Shown piece after piece: positions 13,801-27,100 of a stretch of DNA of 64,000 nt. Position 1 is the stretch's first letter; every line of letters begins with the position of its first letter. The notes beneath the pieces were generated by a model. That model had not been told where the DNA came from and ran no database searches. It saw nothing but the letters and a program-made list of their open reading frames with translations. The stretch comes from Octopus vulgaris (Eukaryota). The stretch covers positions 26,598,001-26,662,000 of the forward strand of contig OX597818.1 of assembly GCA_951406725.2 (NCBI GenBank). The letters run 5' to 3'. Made by a program: the position numbers and the translations under genes.

Positions 13801-14829
13801 CACAACCCAGGACATTATGGAAAAAAGTAGACATAAAAAAAAACAATGGTGATGATGCATCTCATCTCAAGATTTGCATGAGGAATTTTTATGTATTGTG
13901 CGTGTGCATATGCATGTGCTTATGCATAATTTTGTTTGTATATTTGAACAACTATAAAGGTAAAAGCTCCAAAGGGAAAAGTATATAGAAATGTTAGTGA
14001 CAAACAATTACCGGACATGTTAAACTATAGCAAAGCAATATTGATGTAGGTTTCAATGATCATTATCTGACTTCTGCTCAGGTTTTAAATAACTCGATAA
14101 CAATGAGTTTACAGCACTTTTCATTTGCTATGCAAACTACATTTTCTCCTATTATCCTCTCAGTGTGGGTGGTTTACTTAAGCATTGATTGCTATAAAAA
14201 CATTTTACTTTACTCAGTGCAAATAATGGCTCTAAGAACAATTATCATGATTAACATTCTATGAGGCACTAACAATTTTAAATACTTTCACATTTACAAT
14301 GAAGGAACAAAAGTCAGAATGTTTCAGCAATTGCTAAGAATATTTTCTTTTGGTCAAGAACAAAGAAAGTTTGGTTAGAATGCCAATAGAGTCAACTTAA
14401 TATGTGACAAAACAATGAATTGATACAAATACATTTGAATAATTAATCTTGTTCCACTGCATTCTAAATTCACATCATTCCACAGCTACTGTTGCCTTTC
14501 CCTGAGTTGATAAAAATAAATACCAGCTATGTACTAGAGAATTAAATCTATTATGCTTCCTGCAACTGGAAACATTGGCATTTTGCCCAATCAGGAGAAA
14601 TTGTTTTTGGCTTATTCCCCTTTATGTCATAAATCTCCTCTGACCAGAGTTAACAGAGATAATTCTAATCAACTATTATAAATACACTCTGTTAAGAAAA
14701 TGATTTTCTTTAAAAAAAATGCAAAATAAAAATAAAAGTGAATTAAAAGTGAACACACACAGACAAACAAATTATATATATACATTTATGAAATGAATTA
14801 AAGTGATGAATTAGTAGAGATACTAGAAC

Positions 14830-15005
14830 AGGCTTGGGCAATCTTTTTCAAGAACCAGGCTGCATGCAACATGGCTCATTATCAGGTAGGCTACACTACT
14901 AAAATATATAAATAAATAAATAAAATAATAATAATAAATTCATGATAATTTTTTGTTAGGTGTGTCGTTCAGAAAGTCCCATGAGCTGCAGTTTGCCCTT
15001 CACTG
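14830..15005. mobile_element. Decayed hAT-like MITE
   Basis: CAGGCTTGGGCAA ... TTGCCCTTCACTG ends with imperfect 8-bp flanks TACTAGAA / CACTGGAC. Confidence 0.4.
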
Positions 15006-15415
15006 CACTGGACACAATGTTTTGTGGTATTTGTTTCATTTCTCTGTGTTCTGAGTTGGAATTCTTCCCAGATCAACTTTGTCTTTCATCCTTTTGGGGT
15101 CAATACAAAAAATGTACCAATCCAGGACGGTGACCAGGTAGAATTTGCTAGAGCATCAGGCAGGATGCTTTGCAGTTTTTGTTTAGGCTTTCTGAGTTTT
15201 GATAGCAATTCTTGTGACAATATTGACGGTATGCTGTATCAAACTTGCCATTCCCTTGAAAATATCAGCAATGTGCAGAGAAGAGACTTGAATATATGAG
15301 CAATTGTTAAATCTTTCACAAAAGAACATGGTCCAGGCTTGTGCCATAATACAAGTGCAAATATATGGTAAGTATTGACTTATAGAGACTTTAGATATGA
15401 AACAAATTAAACTAG

Positions 15416-15608
15416 ATTTATTTTCCAGTTCTATATTTAAGAGATGAGGAATTCTGTACATTATTTACGTTACTTATAGTTGACGGATATTTGTCCTCAT
15501 CTTGTTTGTTGTTAACACAACGTTTCGGCTGATATACCCTCCAGCCTTCATCAGGTGTCTTGGAGAAATTTTGAACCTGGGTTCTCATTCCTAAGGTATT
15601 TTTCAATG

Positions 15609-15647
<39 letters not shown>

Positions 15648-16107
15648 TCACTGCCTGAAATCAAACTTGGAATCTTGGGATTAGTATCTCGCACTCTTAA
15701 CCACTACGCCATATGCTCGTGGGTAATTATGGAGTGAATTTTAGGGCTTATAATTCTAATATTCTCTTATCCTTCCTTAATACTGGTCCCGATATGCTGT
15801 TCATATCTGCACTCGGTTTGCTTAGGAGGTTGTTGTGTCCTAGCATATGTACTGCTTCTTTTAGTTTTCATATTTTCCAGTGGTGTTCTCTGTCTATTAT
15901 CTTAACTTCATCCCACTGGAGGAGGTGGTCTTCATTTTTCCATACATGATCAGCTATACCCAATTTATCAATATCTCCCCATGTCACAGCTCTGCGATGT
16001 TCCTCTACCCTTTCGCCTTTGTATAACCTTTGTGTAACCTACCACAGCTGCATGGGATGAAGTACACGCAATTCTTAGTTATATTCTCTTCTATTGGTGA
16101 TTTTACC
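15416..16107 (-). mobile_element. Penelope-like element 3' end: GIY-YIG endonuclease remnant, tRNA-like module and hammerhead-containing pLTR
   Basis: The minus strand of 15748-16107 reads NCVYFIPCSCGR..YKGE..RVEEHRRAV...GIADHVW...WDEVKIID...KLKEA with frameshifts and stops. A hammerhead motif follows downstream. Confidence 0.85.
15514..15559 (-). ncRNA. Minimal type I hammerhead ribozyme (Penelope-type)
   Basis: GACAC-CUGAUGA-A-GGCUG[GAGGGUAUAU]CAGCC-GAAA-CG-UU^-GUGUU. Stem I GACAC/GUGUU, 5-bp stem II, palindromic ACGU stem III. Confidence 0.85.
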
Positions 16108-18639
16108 AAAACATCCAGACATTATTCACATAGAACAGGGCAAGACTTCCTTTTGATATGATTCGTAATTTACATAAGAAAATTTGTGTACTTTGAATGT
16201 ATAAGAATATATGCAAGCATAAAATAGAGTAAACAACTAAAATATAAGTATATCTAAATAACATTTTTTTCTTAATACCTTTTATGTAGTGATCAAAGGA
16301 AGCTTTGGCTTTTGTTTGGAGTGGAAAACATAACCATTCATGACACAGAGACTGGGAGCCTATTGCCTATTTCAGTTTGGGAGGGAATCGTCATCACATG
16401 TCACTTAGTTGCAAACACATGTTACATAGCTTCAATAGAATGCTATATCACCAACAATAATGTGATTTCTCTAAGACATCATCCAGTAATCTGTCAGGTC
16501 CATTTACACTTTTCTCAATGCATACTGCTGCAGTTATGACTTTCCTCTCTTATTTTATGCCTCCATCATAGATGGGTAGATTTGCTAGTAATAATAATAA
16601 TAATGATGATGATGATGATGCTGAAAACACGCAACAGAAACAACTCATTCTTTGTGAAATGAGAGAAAATATTGATCTACTTCTCAAATTACAAATAATT
16701 ATTACTACTAATTGATCGTAATTAACAATAATATAATTTTAATGCAATATTTCTTTATTTACATTTACTTTCATATTTAATTGAACAAAAATCATTGTTG
16801 CCGATTTCTTTTTTTAATATAAGTGAAAGTATAGCAATTAAAAATATCAACTAATAAGATTCACTTGTGCTGAAGGACTGGTGATGCCTGAGAAACTTCT
16901 CACTCCTACTGATAGATTTTACATAGGTGCAAATAGACAATAGAGGTCAATCAGAATCGCTTTTGCCAGAACCATTCATTAGAGTTATGGATTAATACAA
17001 AAGACAGTGAAAGGAATGAGATTTGCTTTAAAAGCAAGAGCTGTAGATTTGCTTTCTAACAACTTTGAATTACTCTAGTTGTAATGTATTCATTCTTATA
17101 TTTACTTTCAGGGCTTTTTTTTTTTTTTTTTGTCACATCCAGACATGTTTATTTCCATATCTAGGTGTGTGTGCATATATGCGTGTTCTAAATAATAGTT
17201 GCAGATAGTTTTCTGAATGTTAGATAAATATTTGGGTGTGATTTATTTATACTGTCACTTGCTTTTATTTCATTATTTTTGTTTTTGGTTTTGTTTTGTT
17301 TTGTTGTTTTTTTAATTGTAAACAATGTCAATTGTTTGTTCATTGGCTTACTCTTGTTCAGTTTCATTCACTTATGTCAGATATGTCCTTGAGAAAAGCT
17401 TGAATCACAACCACAACACAGCCTTCCCCTTCCCTTATAAATCTGTGCACTTATACTTATGTAAGAAATGTATTAACTTGAATAAATAAGGCAGCATTTA
17501 TCATGGTGTTTCGTCTACAGCCCTTCTAGAAGGGACAAACCTTTTAAGTGTTGAGATCATTGAGTTAATTTAATATTGAGTGAATTCACATGAATGATGG
17601 TTGTGTTAATGATGTTTGTTTATTTGATTTATTTTATATTGCAATTTGCGAAGAACAGTGTCACTAGCGACAGGTTTCCAGTGCTTTCATTCTGACTGTG
17701 AGAGTAACATATGAGTGTTTCTATGAGGTGGGAGGGTGTCTTTTCTTGCTGATTTATATCCTCTACAAATATATAGGCGCAAGCTTGGCTGTGCAATAAG
17801 AAGTTTGCTTTCCAACCACATGGTTCGGGGTTCATTCCCACTGCATAGCACCTTGGGCAGGTGTCTTTTCTTATAGCTTTGGGCTGACCAAAGTCTTGTG
17901 AATGGATTTGGTAGATGGAAAGTGCAAGAAGCTCATCATGTGCATGTGTGTGCATGTGTGTTTATCCTGCTGTCTAATGACTGAGACAAGTAAAAGATAT
18001 ATCTGTGAAAGAGAGAGAGTGAGAAGGAGAGACACACACAACTTTAATCGTATTATTGGTATTCAGTCCTTTCAGTAAATGTTTATTATTTGTCACTTGG
18101 CAACCCTAGTACTAAACATTAATTTATGCATCTCGATCACCACCACCACCACCACCACCACCACCATCATCATTGTCATCTTGATCATCATGATCATCAT
18201 TTTTATGTCCACTTTTCCGTGCTTACATGAGCTGGATAATTCTCCCCTCCACATGGTGTCTTGCTACATGCTGTATTTCTTTGTTGTCTCATTTCTGACG
18301 TTCAGCATCCTAAAATGGTGAAACACTGATTGATGACTTTACCATTTCTTCACTCTACTTTGTATTTTCTCTCCTTGTCTCATGTAATTTCTATTACAAT
18401 ACACTCACACACACACACACACACACACACAAAGAGCCAGTGTACCAGTTACATCTTTGATACATACTTGGATTTGCTGGATACCAGATACCAATGAACT
18501 ACCTTTACAACTCTACATTGACCACTGATTTGAAAGGTTAATTACCTGGAATATTTGGAATAAACTACTTAGCCAAAACATGTAGTGTGCTTTCATTGTT
18601 GATTGCCTTGATCTAACTTAACTGATCCCCTTGTTCGCG

Positions 18640-19406
18640 TGTGCTGTTTACAGCTGTGCTTGGAAGGTGTGTAGCATGTGATTGTTGCACTAACCACGTC
18701 AGAGAAAGTTGAGCAGATCATCTGCATCAAATTTTGCCAATAAATTGGTGATACCTGCTCAGAATCCTGTGCAATGTTTTTAAAATGTTTTCATTTTTCT
18801 CAACATGATCAAGAAGATCTTGTACAACTGAAACCTGAGTGTCTATTTGATCAACTGAAAGCAGTTTTGGTACAAACTTGGCAGGCACGTGTCTCCTACC
18901 CAAATCTTCAGTGATAATAGATGGAACTGAACCATCACTAATCTGCACAACCTCTGATAACTCACAGATGGTGATTTGACAATTTCTTCTGACTGCTGCA
19001 TGCACATCTGTGATGTTTTTCTCAGTTCTGCTGGTTGCGGGTCTCCCAGAACATTTGTCAATATCAACATTTTTTCAACCATCTTGGAAACGTCTGAACC
19101 ACTTGTACACTTGTGTGCGGTTTATATACTCCTCTCCATGCACTTTCTGCAACGTTGCATAGCCCTCTGAGCAGGTATTGCCATGACAACTTACTCTGTC
19201 ATGGTCGATGCGATGAACACACGCCACACACCTTTTTTCCAAGCACTGCTGTAAACAACAAACAACAGAAGTGAGCTAGAACGTTAAAACTTAGTGTGCA
19301 TGCATAGCACAGTTCAAGGTCAATCTGTGGCCTTGTGGTTTTATTCTGTGTGCTTTAGCTTCATTACTATGGCAACAGTCCGGATAATTATTGACCAGAC
19401 TTTGTA
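18640..19406 (-). mobile_element. Mariner-derived non-autonomous element made of two inverted 5' ends
   Basis: Minus-strand transposase remnant VRRNCQITICELSEVVQISDGSV..IITEDLGRRHVPAKFVPKLLS. Plus-strand N-terminus EKVEQIICIKFC. TIR-like end ...TTGACCAGACTTTG|TA. Confidence 0.8.
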
Positions 19407-19834
19407 CATATATACATACATATATGTATAGATAGTTAGATATGGTCGATTTATGGGATTACCCTGGGTTTCACACACACACAGACACATACACACACAC
19501 ACACACATTCATTCATTCATTCAGAGAGACAGACAGTTTGTTTCTATTAAATTCAACAGACAAGATATTGAATCTACCTGAGGGCTATGGTAGAAAACAC
19601 CTGTCTGTCGTCATAGTCATGTCCAATGGCATTGAACTTTGAGCCATGTGATTATAACATGAACTTCTTAACCACACAGCCATGCTTACACGTATGTTAA
19701 CTGGAGTGAATGACAATGCAGAGAGTTTACAAGCTAGGTTTATTTATGAAGCAAACATAAAATAACAAATGAATTATTGAGACAGCATTAACCAGTGTCT
19801 TTGGTGTACAAAGCGTATCAAAGTTTATGGTTGC

Positions 19835-19885
<51 letters not shown>

Positions 19886-20315
19886 AGGGAGAGAGGGAGA
19901 GAGAGAAGATAAATATTTATCCCAATTGCCATCTGAATATATCACCAATTACTTGACCTTTCAGGACCAGAGACAGTCATTAATACAGTAATAAGCAATG
20001 AGACTCATTTGTCTGGTGAGGAAAGAAATTTCAGGTTGTAGTTTTCATGCTGTTTCCAAAGACACCAGTAGAGGATGTAAAACATCCACTGCTGGAACTA
20101 TGGACTCTATTTACCAGAACATTACTGTGCACATGCATGTGCATGCACTCACACACACATACTCACCACCACCATCATCATTATCTTTGCTTTTTGTCTA
20201 CTTCCAAGTTGTGAAGGGCTGGGCAGAAGTGTTAGAAATTGTGTTTTAAGGCTGTGTCCTTCCTATCACCAATATACAATGGATAAATGTATAAATCCAT
20301 GCATCTATCTTGCAG

Positions 20316-20316
<1 letters not shown>

Positions 20317-20355
<39 letters not shown>

Positions 20356-20394
20356 ATCTAATCTGCCTACCTAATCTAATCTGTCTATCTATCA

Positions 20395-20447
<53 letters not shown>

Positions 20448-20567
20448 ATCTAATCTCATCTGTCTATCTAATCTAATCTGTCTATCTATCTATCTATCTA
20501 TCTAATCTAATCTGTCTATCTATCTAATCTAATCTGTCTATCTATCAATCTATCTATCTATCTAATC

Positions 20568-20621
<54 letters not shown>

Positions 20622-20625
20622 ATCT
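20317..20625. repeat. Complex (TCTA)n/(TCTAA)n microsatellite
   Basis: About 300 bp of TCTA, TCTAA and TCTG units. Confidence 0.97.
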
Positions 20626-21248
20626 TTATTTATTTATTTTGCAGTCAATCAAATTATCTAATAGAGTATAGTTAAAATCAGGTTGATAGTTAAGAAAAAC
20701 CAACTTTGAATGATGATTAAAGGAGAAATGCTTTTCATTTAATAATTGATAGCGTGCATGTGTGTGTGCATTTTTAGGTATGGAAAATGTGTTTATAGAT
20801 TTTGTATTCGTATCTTTTATTTTTATGTGATGCAAGGTGTTTGTGTTTGTCTGTGTGTCTCATTTCAGCTTTTTTTTTATGGCAGCAGAATGTTGTACTG
20901 AGATAACAGTCTTGGATGATTTGAGAAGACAGAGCAGCCATTAGTTAAATGCAACTCTCTTTAAGGGTCCTTGTTATTAATCGCTGGTTAACCAGATAAA
21001 ATGAACAAACAAGAACACCTTTATGTAGCTACACAATCTGTGAGAAATATCAACAAAATTCCCTGCTCACTTCAGTGGAAGAAAATGTCACAAGAGACGT
21101 AGCTGTGTGGAAAGAAGCTTGCTTCCCAGCCACTTGGTTCCAAGTTCAGTCCCACTTTGTAACACCTTGGATAAGTTTCTTCCTCAGGCTGACCAAAGCC
21201 TTGTGAGTAGATTTGGTAGACAGAAGCCAAAAGAAGCCTTCAAATATG

Positions 21249-21301
<53 letters not shown>

Positions 21302-21431
21302 TCCACTACCACTGCTTGACAACCAGTACACCAGATGGAGCAATTAAAAAGATGTTAAGCTTTACCTTGCAAGCAGATTAGGTAAATGCAATTAAAAGAA
21401 GCCTATCATGTGTATGTGTGTGTGTGTGTGT

Positions 21432-21471
<40 letters not shown>

Positions 21472-22104
21472 GATGATGTCACTTTGTCTTGACATTGCAT
21501 GATTGTTGTAAACTAGTGTCACTGATGTACAAGTGATGTCCTTCCCTTCCAAACATCTGTAAAAGCATGTCTGGACATGAAGAAATATCTTACTTGGAAA
21601 CAAGTGAGGGTCAGCAACAGAAAGGGTATTATGCTATAAAAAAATTTGCCTTGGCAAATTCATTCCAACCCATGCATGCATGGAAAAGTGGATGTTAAAA
21701 TAGTGATGATCATCATCATGATGATAATGATCATGATGACGAAAGTGTTTGAAAATTCATAATGTTATGATACATCACACTATAATGATGGTGGTAATGG
21801 TGCTGATGTTTGTGGTGATGGTGCTGGTACATGTGGTAATGTTGTCTTACACATAGGATGATGGCATAGTAATTTCCAAATACATTTCCCTTATTTCAAT
21901 ATTCTTTTATTACCTTACAGCTTTCAATCATTGAATCTCAACCCTGCTGGGGCACTGACTTCAAGAGTATATAGTTAATAATATTGTTCATAATATTGTA
22001 CTTGTTTGGTATTTATTTTTATGATGGATTAAAGAATTTAACTGTTGCATGATATGAACGAAAAACAGAACAGACTCACCTGCAATTAATAGTGTATTGA
22101 TATT

Positions 22105-22800
22105 TGGCAAGCTGGCAGAATCGTTACTGCAATCTGCACCGAGTTAAATGCTTAGTGGAAATTTCATCCATCTTTATGTTCTGAGTTCAAATGCCAGTGA
22201 GATTGAGTTTGCCACTCATCCTTTCAGGGTAGATAAAATAAATACCAGTCGAGCACTGGAGTCAACATAATCAACTTCTCTCCTTCACTGAAAATGGTGG
22301 CCTCGTGCCAAAATCTGAAACCAATATTAGGCGAGCTGGCAGAATTATTAGCACATTGAATAAAAGGCTCAACCAAATTTCTTCTGGCGCTTTATGTTCT
22401 GAGTTTAAATCCTGATCAGGTCAATTTTGCTGTTCATCTTTTTGGGGATCAATAAAATTAAGTACCAAGCAAGTACTGGGTGGCAGGGTCAATACAAATA
22501 AATACCAGTCAAGTACTGGCATCAATATAATCAACTTTTAAGGCAGCTAGGTGGCAGAATTGTTAGCGCTTCAAGTGAAATGCTTAATGGTATTTCATCT
22601 GCCTTTAGTCTGAGTTCAAATTCTGCTGGGGTTGACTTTACCTCTCATCCTATCGGGACTGAAAAACAAATACTAATTAAGTATTGATTAGGGTGTATGT
22701 AATTGACTTCCCCTCAAAATTGTTAACCTTCTGCCAAAATTTGAAATCAATATAACCAAGTCGCCCCCTACCCTCAAAATTCCTGGCTGGTGCAAAAATA
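22105..22800 (+). mobile_element. Cluster of three nested or tandem copies of a second tRNA-derived SINE family; also at ~8470-8640(-), 32880-33060(-), 33550-33930(-) and 36910-37105(+)
   Basis: GGCGAGCTGGCAGAAT.GTTAGC head, GAGTTCAAAT B box, TTTCATCCTTT.GGGG..GATAAAAT..GTACCAG body. Confidence 0.8.
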
Positions 22801-24099
22801 AATTTTTTTAAAAAAGTAATTAGAAAACATTATTCAAACATTAGGCAGTGGAAACTTACAAAAGAAAAGTAAAAAAAGCTTGCCAATTTATCTTGACACA
22901 AAAAAAAAGACAGGAAAATCATTTCTATATTGCTGATTAATCAAGATTAATAAAAGTTAATATGAATTATTAACTTGTTATGGATAGAATAAAGATTGAC
23001 AAGTCAGTGATGGAGCCTTGACCTACTAGCAGTAACAGCTAAATTCCACTCAAATTACACCTTACCATTTTAAAGAAAAAGTCATATTAGATGATGTGAT
23101 TCTTAGTTATTTTCACATAGAAAAAAGACAGGTTGGTTATAGTTGAATGCCTTTCATCATAGATTTGTTGGATTACGATGATCTGAGATTAGACATCAAC
23201 AATCAACCACAACTGATACAAATGGTTTTCTCAGTTTTTGCCAGTAGAGTAGTTTAGATGTAAAAATTATTAAAGAGAGTGATAGGGAGAATATTTGTTA
23301 GTAAGACTGTATTTTACACAAAAAATAGTTGTATAATACATCTGCTTAAATGTATTTTTAATGCATAATGCAAAAGTAAGATTTTGAAGCTGTACTTGTT
23401 TGGCAAGTGACTTGATCTGAGATCATGTGTTGAGACTGAAACTATTACATTATAGAAAAGTTGTGGTAGACATTTAAAACACGCACGTGTTGTTGTATTC
23501 ACTTGTATATCATTTCGTGATTGCATTGTATACTATAATGGTTTGTCTTGCAACTTTGAACTAGTCATTGACCCAATTCCTCTGTATCATCATGATTAAT
23601 ATGTTTTGAATATACAGACATGAAAGGAAATCTAAACTAGAAAAATCATGTGCCTAGAAAACCACTGCAAGTGTGGTTAATATTAATGCTACTGCTGCTT
23701 CTGCTACCACTACTACTACTGTTAATTTTACTTCTACTGTAACTGTTGCTGGTAATAGAATGAGGAAGCTTCTACACCAGTGGTTTCCGACCTTTTCACA
23801 CTGGTACCAACAGTGGTTCCCAACCCTTTTATTTAAATGTGTTTTCTTATGGACCCCTTAATATGCTTATCCTTATGTATATGTATGTATGTATATCATC
23901 ATCATCATCGTTTAACGTCCATTTTCCGTGCTAGCATGGGTTGGATGGTTCGACCGGGGTCTGGGAAGCCAGGAGGCTGCACCAGGCTCCAGTCTGATCT
24001 GGCACAGTGTTTCTACAGCTGGATGCCCTTCCTAACGCCAACCACTCCGTGAGTGTAGTGGGTGCTTTTTACATGCCACTGGCACATAAAAACCGGCAC

Positions 24100-24140
<41 letters not shown>

Positions 24141-24143
<3 letters not shown>

Positions 24144-27100
24144 GAGGTAATCAGAGTAAGTGACAGAATACTTAAGATTAGATTAGTGCTTCATCATAGT
24201 TTAGCAACCATTATATCAGCCTATGCTCCTCAGTCGGGGCTACCCGATGGACAGAAAGACCGATTCTATGACACTCTACTGCAGACTACCTCATTGACGA
24301 ACGACAGAGACCTTATCTTTGTGGCTGGTGACTTCAATGGTCACGTTGGACGACATGCTGGGGGCTTCCATGGCGTACATGGAGGCTACGGCTATGGCTC
24401 CCGCAACGAGGAGGGAACCAGGCTGCTGGAGTTCTGCGATGCAAATAATCTTATGATTTGCAACACTAACTTCAGGAAACCTACCAGCCACCTAGTCACT
24501 TACCAATCGGGCCAACATACCAGCCAAATTGACTACATCCTTACAAGGCAAAGGGAGAGATGGCTGCTTATAAATGCCAAAACCTTCCCAGGTGAAGAAT
24601 GTACCCCACAACATAGACTGGTAGTTAGTGACTTTAGGATCAGGACTAGGAGGACAACCAGAAGACGACAAATATGGAGAAGAAGGATCTGGAAGCTTAA
24701 AGATCCTGCAAATGGACAGAGATTTAGGGACATATTACTTGAAGCCTCTGACGAAGTAGAAGGGGATAGAGCATCACAGGGGGTAGAAGACAGCTGGACG
24801 TTTCTAAGGGACAACCTGCTGAGAGCCACTGACCAGATCTGTGGCTGGTGCAAAGTCCCCTCTCGACCTAGAATAACGTGGTGGTGGAACAATATTGTAG
24901 ACAGGGCTATTAGAGAAAAGAGACAGGCTTGGAAGGTCTGGAAAAATGGGGGTAGCAGGGAATTGTATCAGACTGCCAAAAGAGAAGCTAGGAGACAGGT
25001 TTATTTAGCCAGAGGGGAAGCAGATAAGAAAAAATTTGCCAATGTTCTGCGCCGTGAGGACCAAAGACTGGAGGTGTTTCGTGTTGCAAGACAGTGTGTG
25101 AGAGAGAATCGTGATGTGGTAGGAGAGAAGTGTGTTCGCATGGAAGATGGTTCACTTGCGCTAAATGAGGATGCAAAGAGAGAGGTTTGGAGATGCCACT
25201 ACGAAAGGTTGCTGAATGAAGAAAATGAATGGGATAAAGAGAGTCTGCCGAATGTTGACCCAACAGAGGGACCAGCTATCCGAGTTGATAGTTCTGTGGT
25301 AGCTAAGGCAATTAGAAGCATGAAGACAGGGAAAGCCCCAGGCCCATCAGGAATCACTGCAGAGATGCTCAAAATGTCTGGTAGTGTCGGCTATAGCCTA
25401 GTCACCCATATAGTTAATCAGGTGATACACAAAGGGGTCATACCCAATGACTGGTGTAGCAGTATAATAGTCAACTGCTACAAAGGTAAAGGTGATGCCC
25501 TAGATACAAACAACTACAGAGGTATCAAGCTGTTGGACCAGGTGATGAAGGTTACGGAGAGGGTCATAGCCCAACTAATTAGAGAGAGAGTTAGTTTAGA
25601 TGAGATGCAGTTTGGGTTTGTGCCAGGGAAAAGTACTACTGATGCTATATTCCTGGTAAGGCAGCTGCAGGAGAAATACCTAGCCAAAGATAAGCCCCTG
25701 TACCTGGCTTTTGTTGACATGGAGAAAGCCTTCGACAGGGTCCCCCGATCCCTTATCTGGTGGGCAATGAGAAAACTAGGGATAGATGAATGGTTAGTGA
25801 GAGCTGTGCGGGCCATGTATAGGGACGCCGCTAGTAGGGTGAGGGTTGGAAATGAGTACAGTGAAGAATTCCGGGTAGAGGTAGGGGTCCACCAAGGCTC
25901 AGTACTCAGCCCCCTCCTATTTATCATAGTCCTCCAGGCAATAACGGAGGAATTCAAGACAGGATGCCCTTGGGAGCTCCTCTATGCTGATGACCTTGCT
26001 CTAATTGCTGAGTCGCTATCAGAACTGGAGGAGAAGTTTCAGGTGTGGAAACAAGGATTAGAATCGAAGGGCCTCAGAGTCAATCTAGCTAAAACCAAAG
26101 TCGTAATCAGTAGGAAGGTAGACAAATCACAAACACCTTCAGGTAGATGGCCCTGCTCGATCTGTAGAAAAGGTGTAGGTAGAAACTCTATAAGATGCAC
26201 CAAGTGTAAGCTATGGACACATAAGAGATGCAGCAATGTCAAAGGAAGGCTAACTAGGAAGATGGTTTTTGTATGTGGCAGATGCTCAGGAACAATAAAC
26301 ACTGAAAATGCTCTGAGACCAACTTCTGTCACTTTCCAGGGAGAAAAACTAGAAATAGTTGATAGTTTCCGTTACCTAGGTGACCAAGTAAGCAGCGGGG
26401 GCGGGTGTGCTGAAAGTGTAACTGCTAGAGTAAGAATAGCTTGGGCAAAGTTCAGAGAGCTCTTACCTCTGCTGGTGACAAAAGGCCTCTCGCACAGAGT
26501 GAAAGGCAGACTGTATGATGCGTGTGTACGAACAGCCATGCTACATGGCAGTGAAACATGGGCCGTGACTGCTGAGGATATGCGTAAGCTCGCTAGAAAT
26601 GAAGCCAGTATGCTCCGATGGATGTGTAATGCCAGTACTCACACTCGGCAGAGTGTAAGTACCTTGAGAGAAAAGCTGGACCTAAGAAGCATCAGTTGTG
26701 GTGTGCAAGAGAGACGTTTGCGCTGGTATGGTCATGTGGCGAGAATGGATGAAGATAGTTGTGTGAAAAAGTGCCACACCCTAGCGGTTGAGGGAACCTG
26801 TGGAAGAGGCAGACCCAGGAAAACCTGGGACGAGGTGGTGAAGCACGACCTTCGAACTTTAGGTCTCACCGAGGAAATGACTAGAGACCGAGACCTCTGG
26901 AAGTGTGCTGTGCGCGAGAAGACCCGGCAGGACAAGTGAGTCCACAACCCGTGACCTTCTACATGGGATGGAGCCAGCCTACGTATGCATACCTTCCCTT
27001 CTTGGGACACAAAACTCTACTTGTGAAGACGTGTTGAGGCAAGTGAGGATCAGAATCGAAATCGATCAATGGAAATTGCGGATGTGCTACCAGTGCCGGT

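Noticed and set aside
15643-15716. Genuine tRNA gene
   Set aside because: A and B boxes are present but there is no acceptor stem, and it is embedded in a repeat, so it was treated as a tRNA-derived module.
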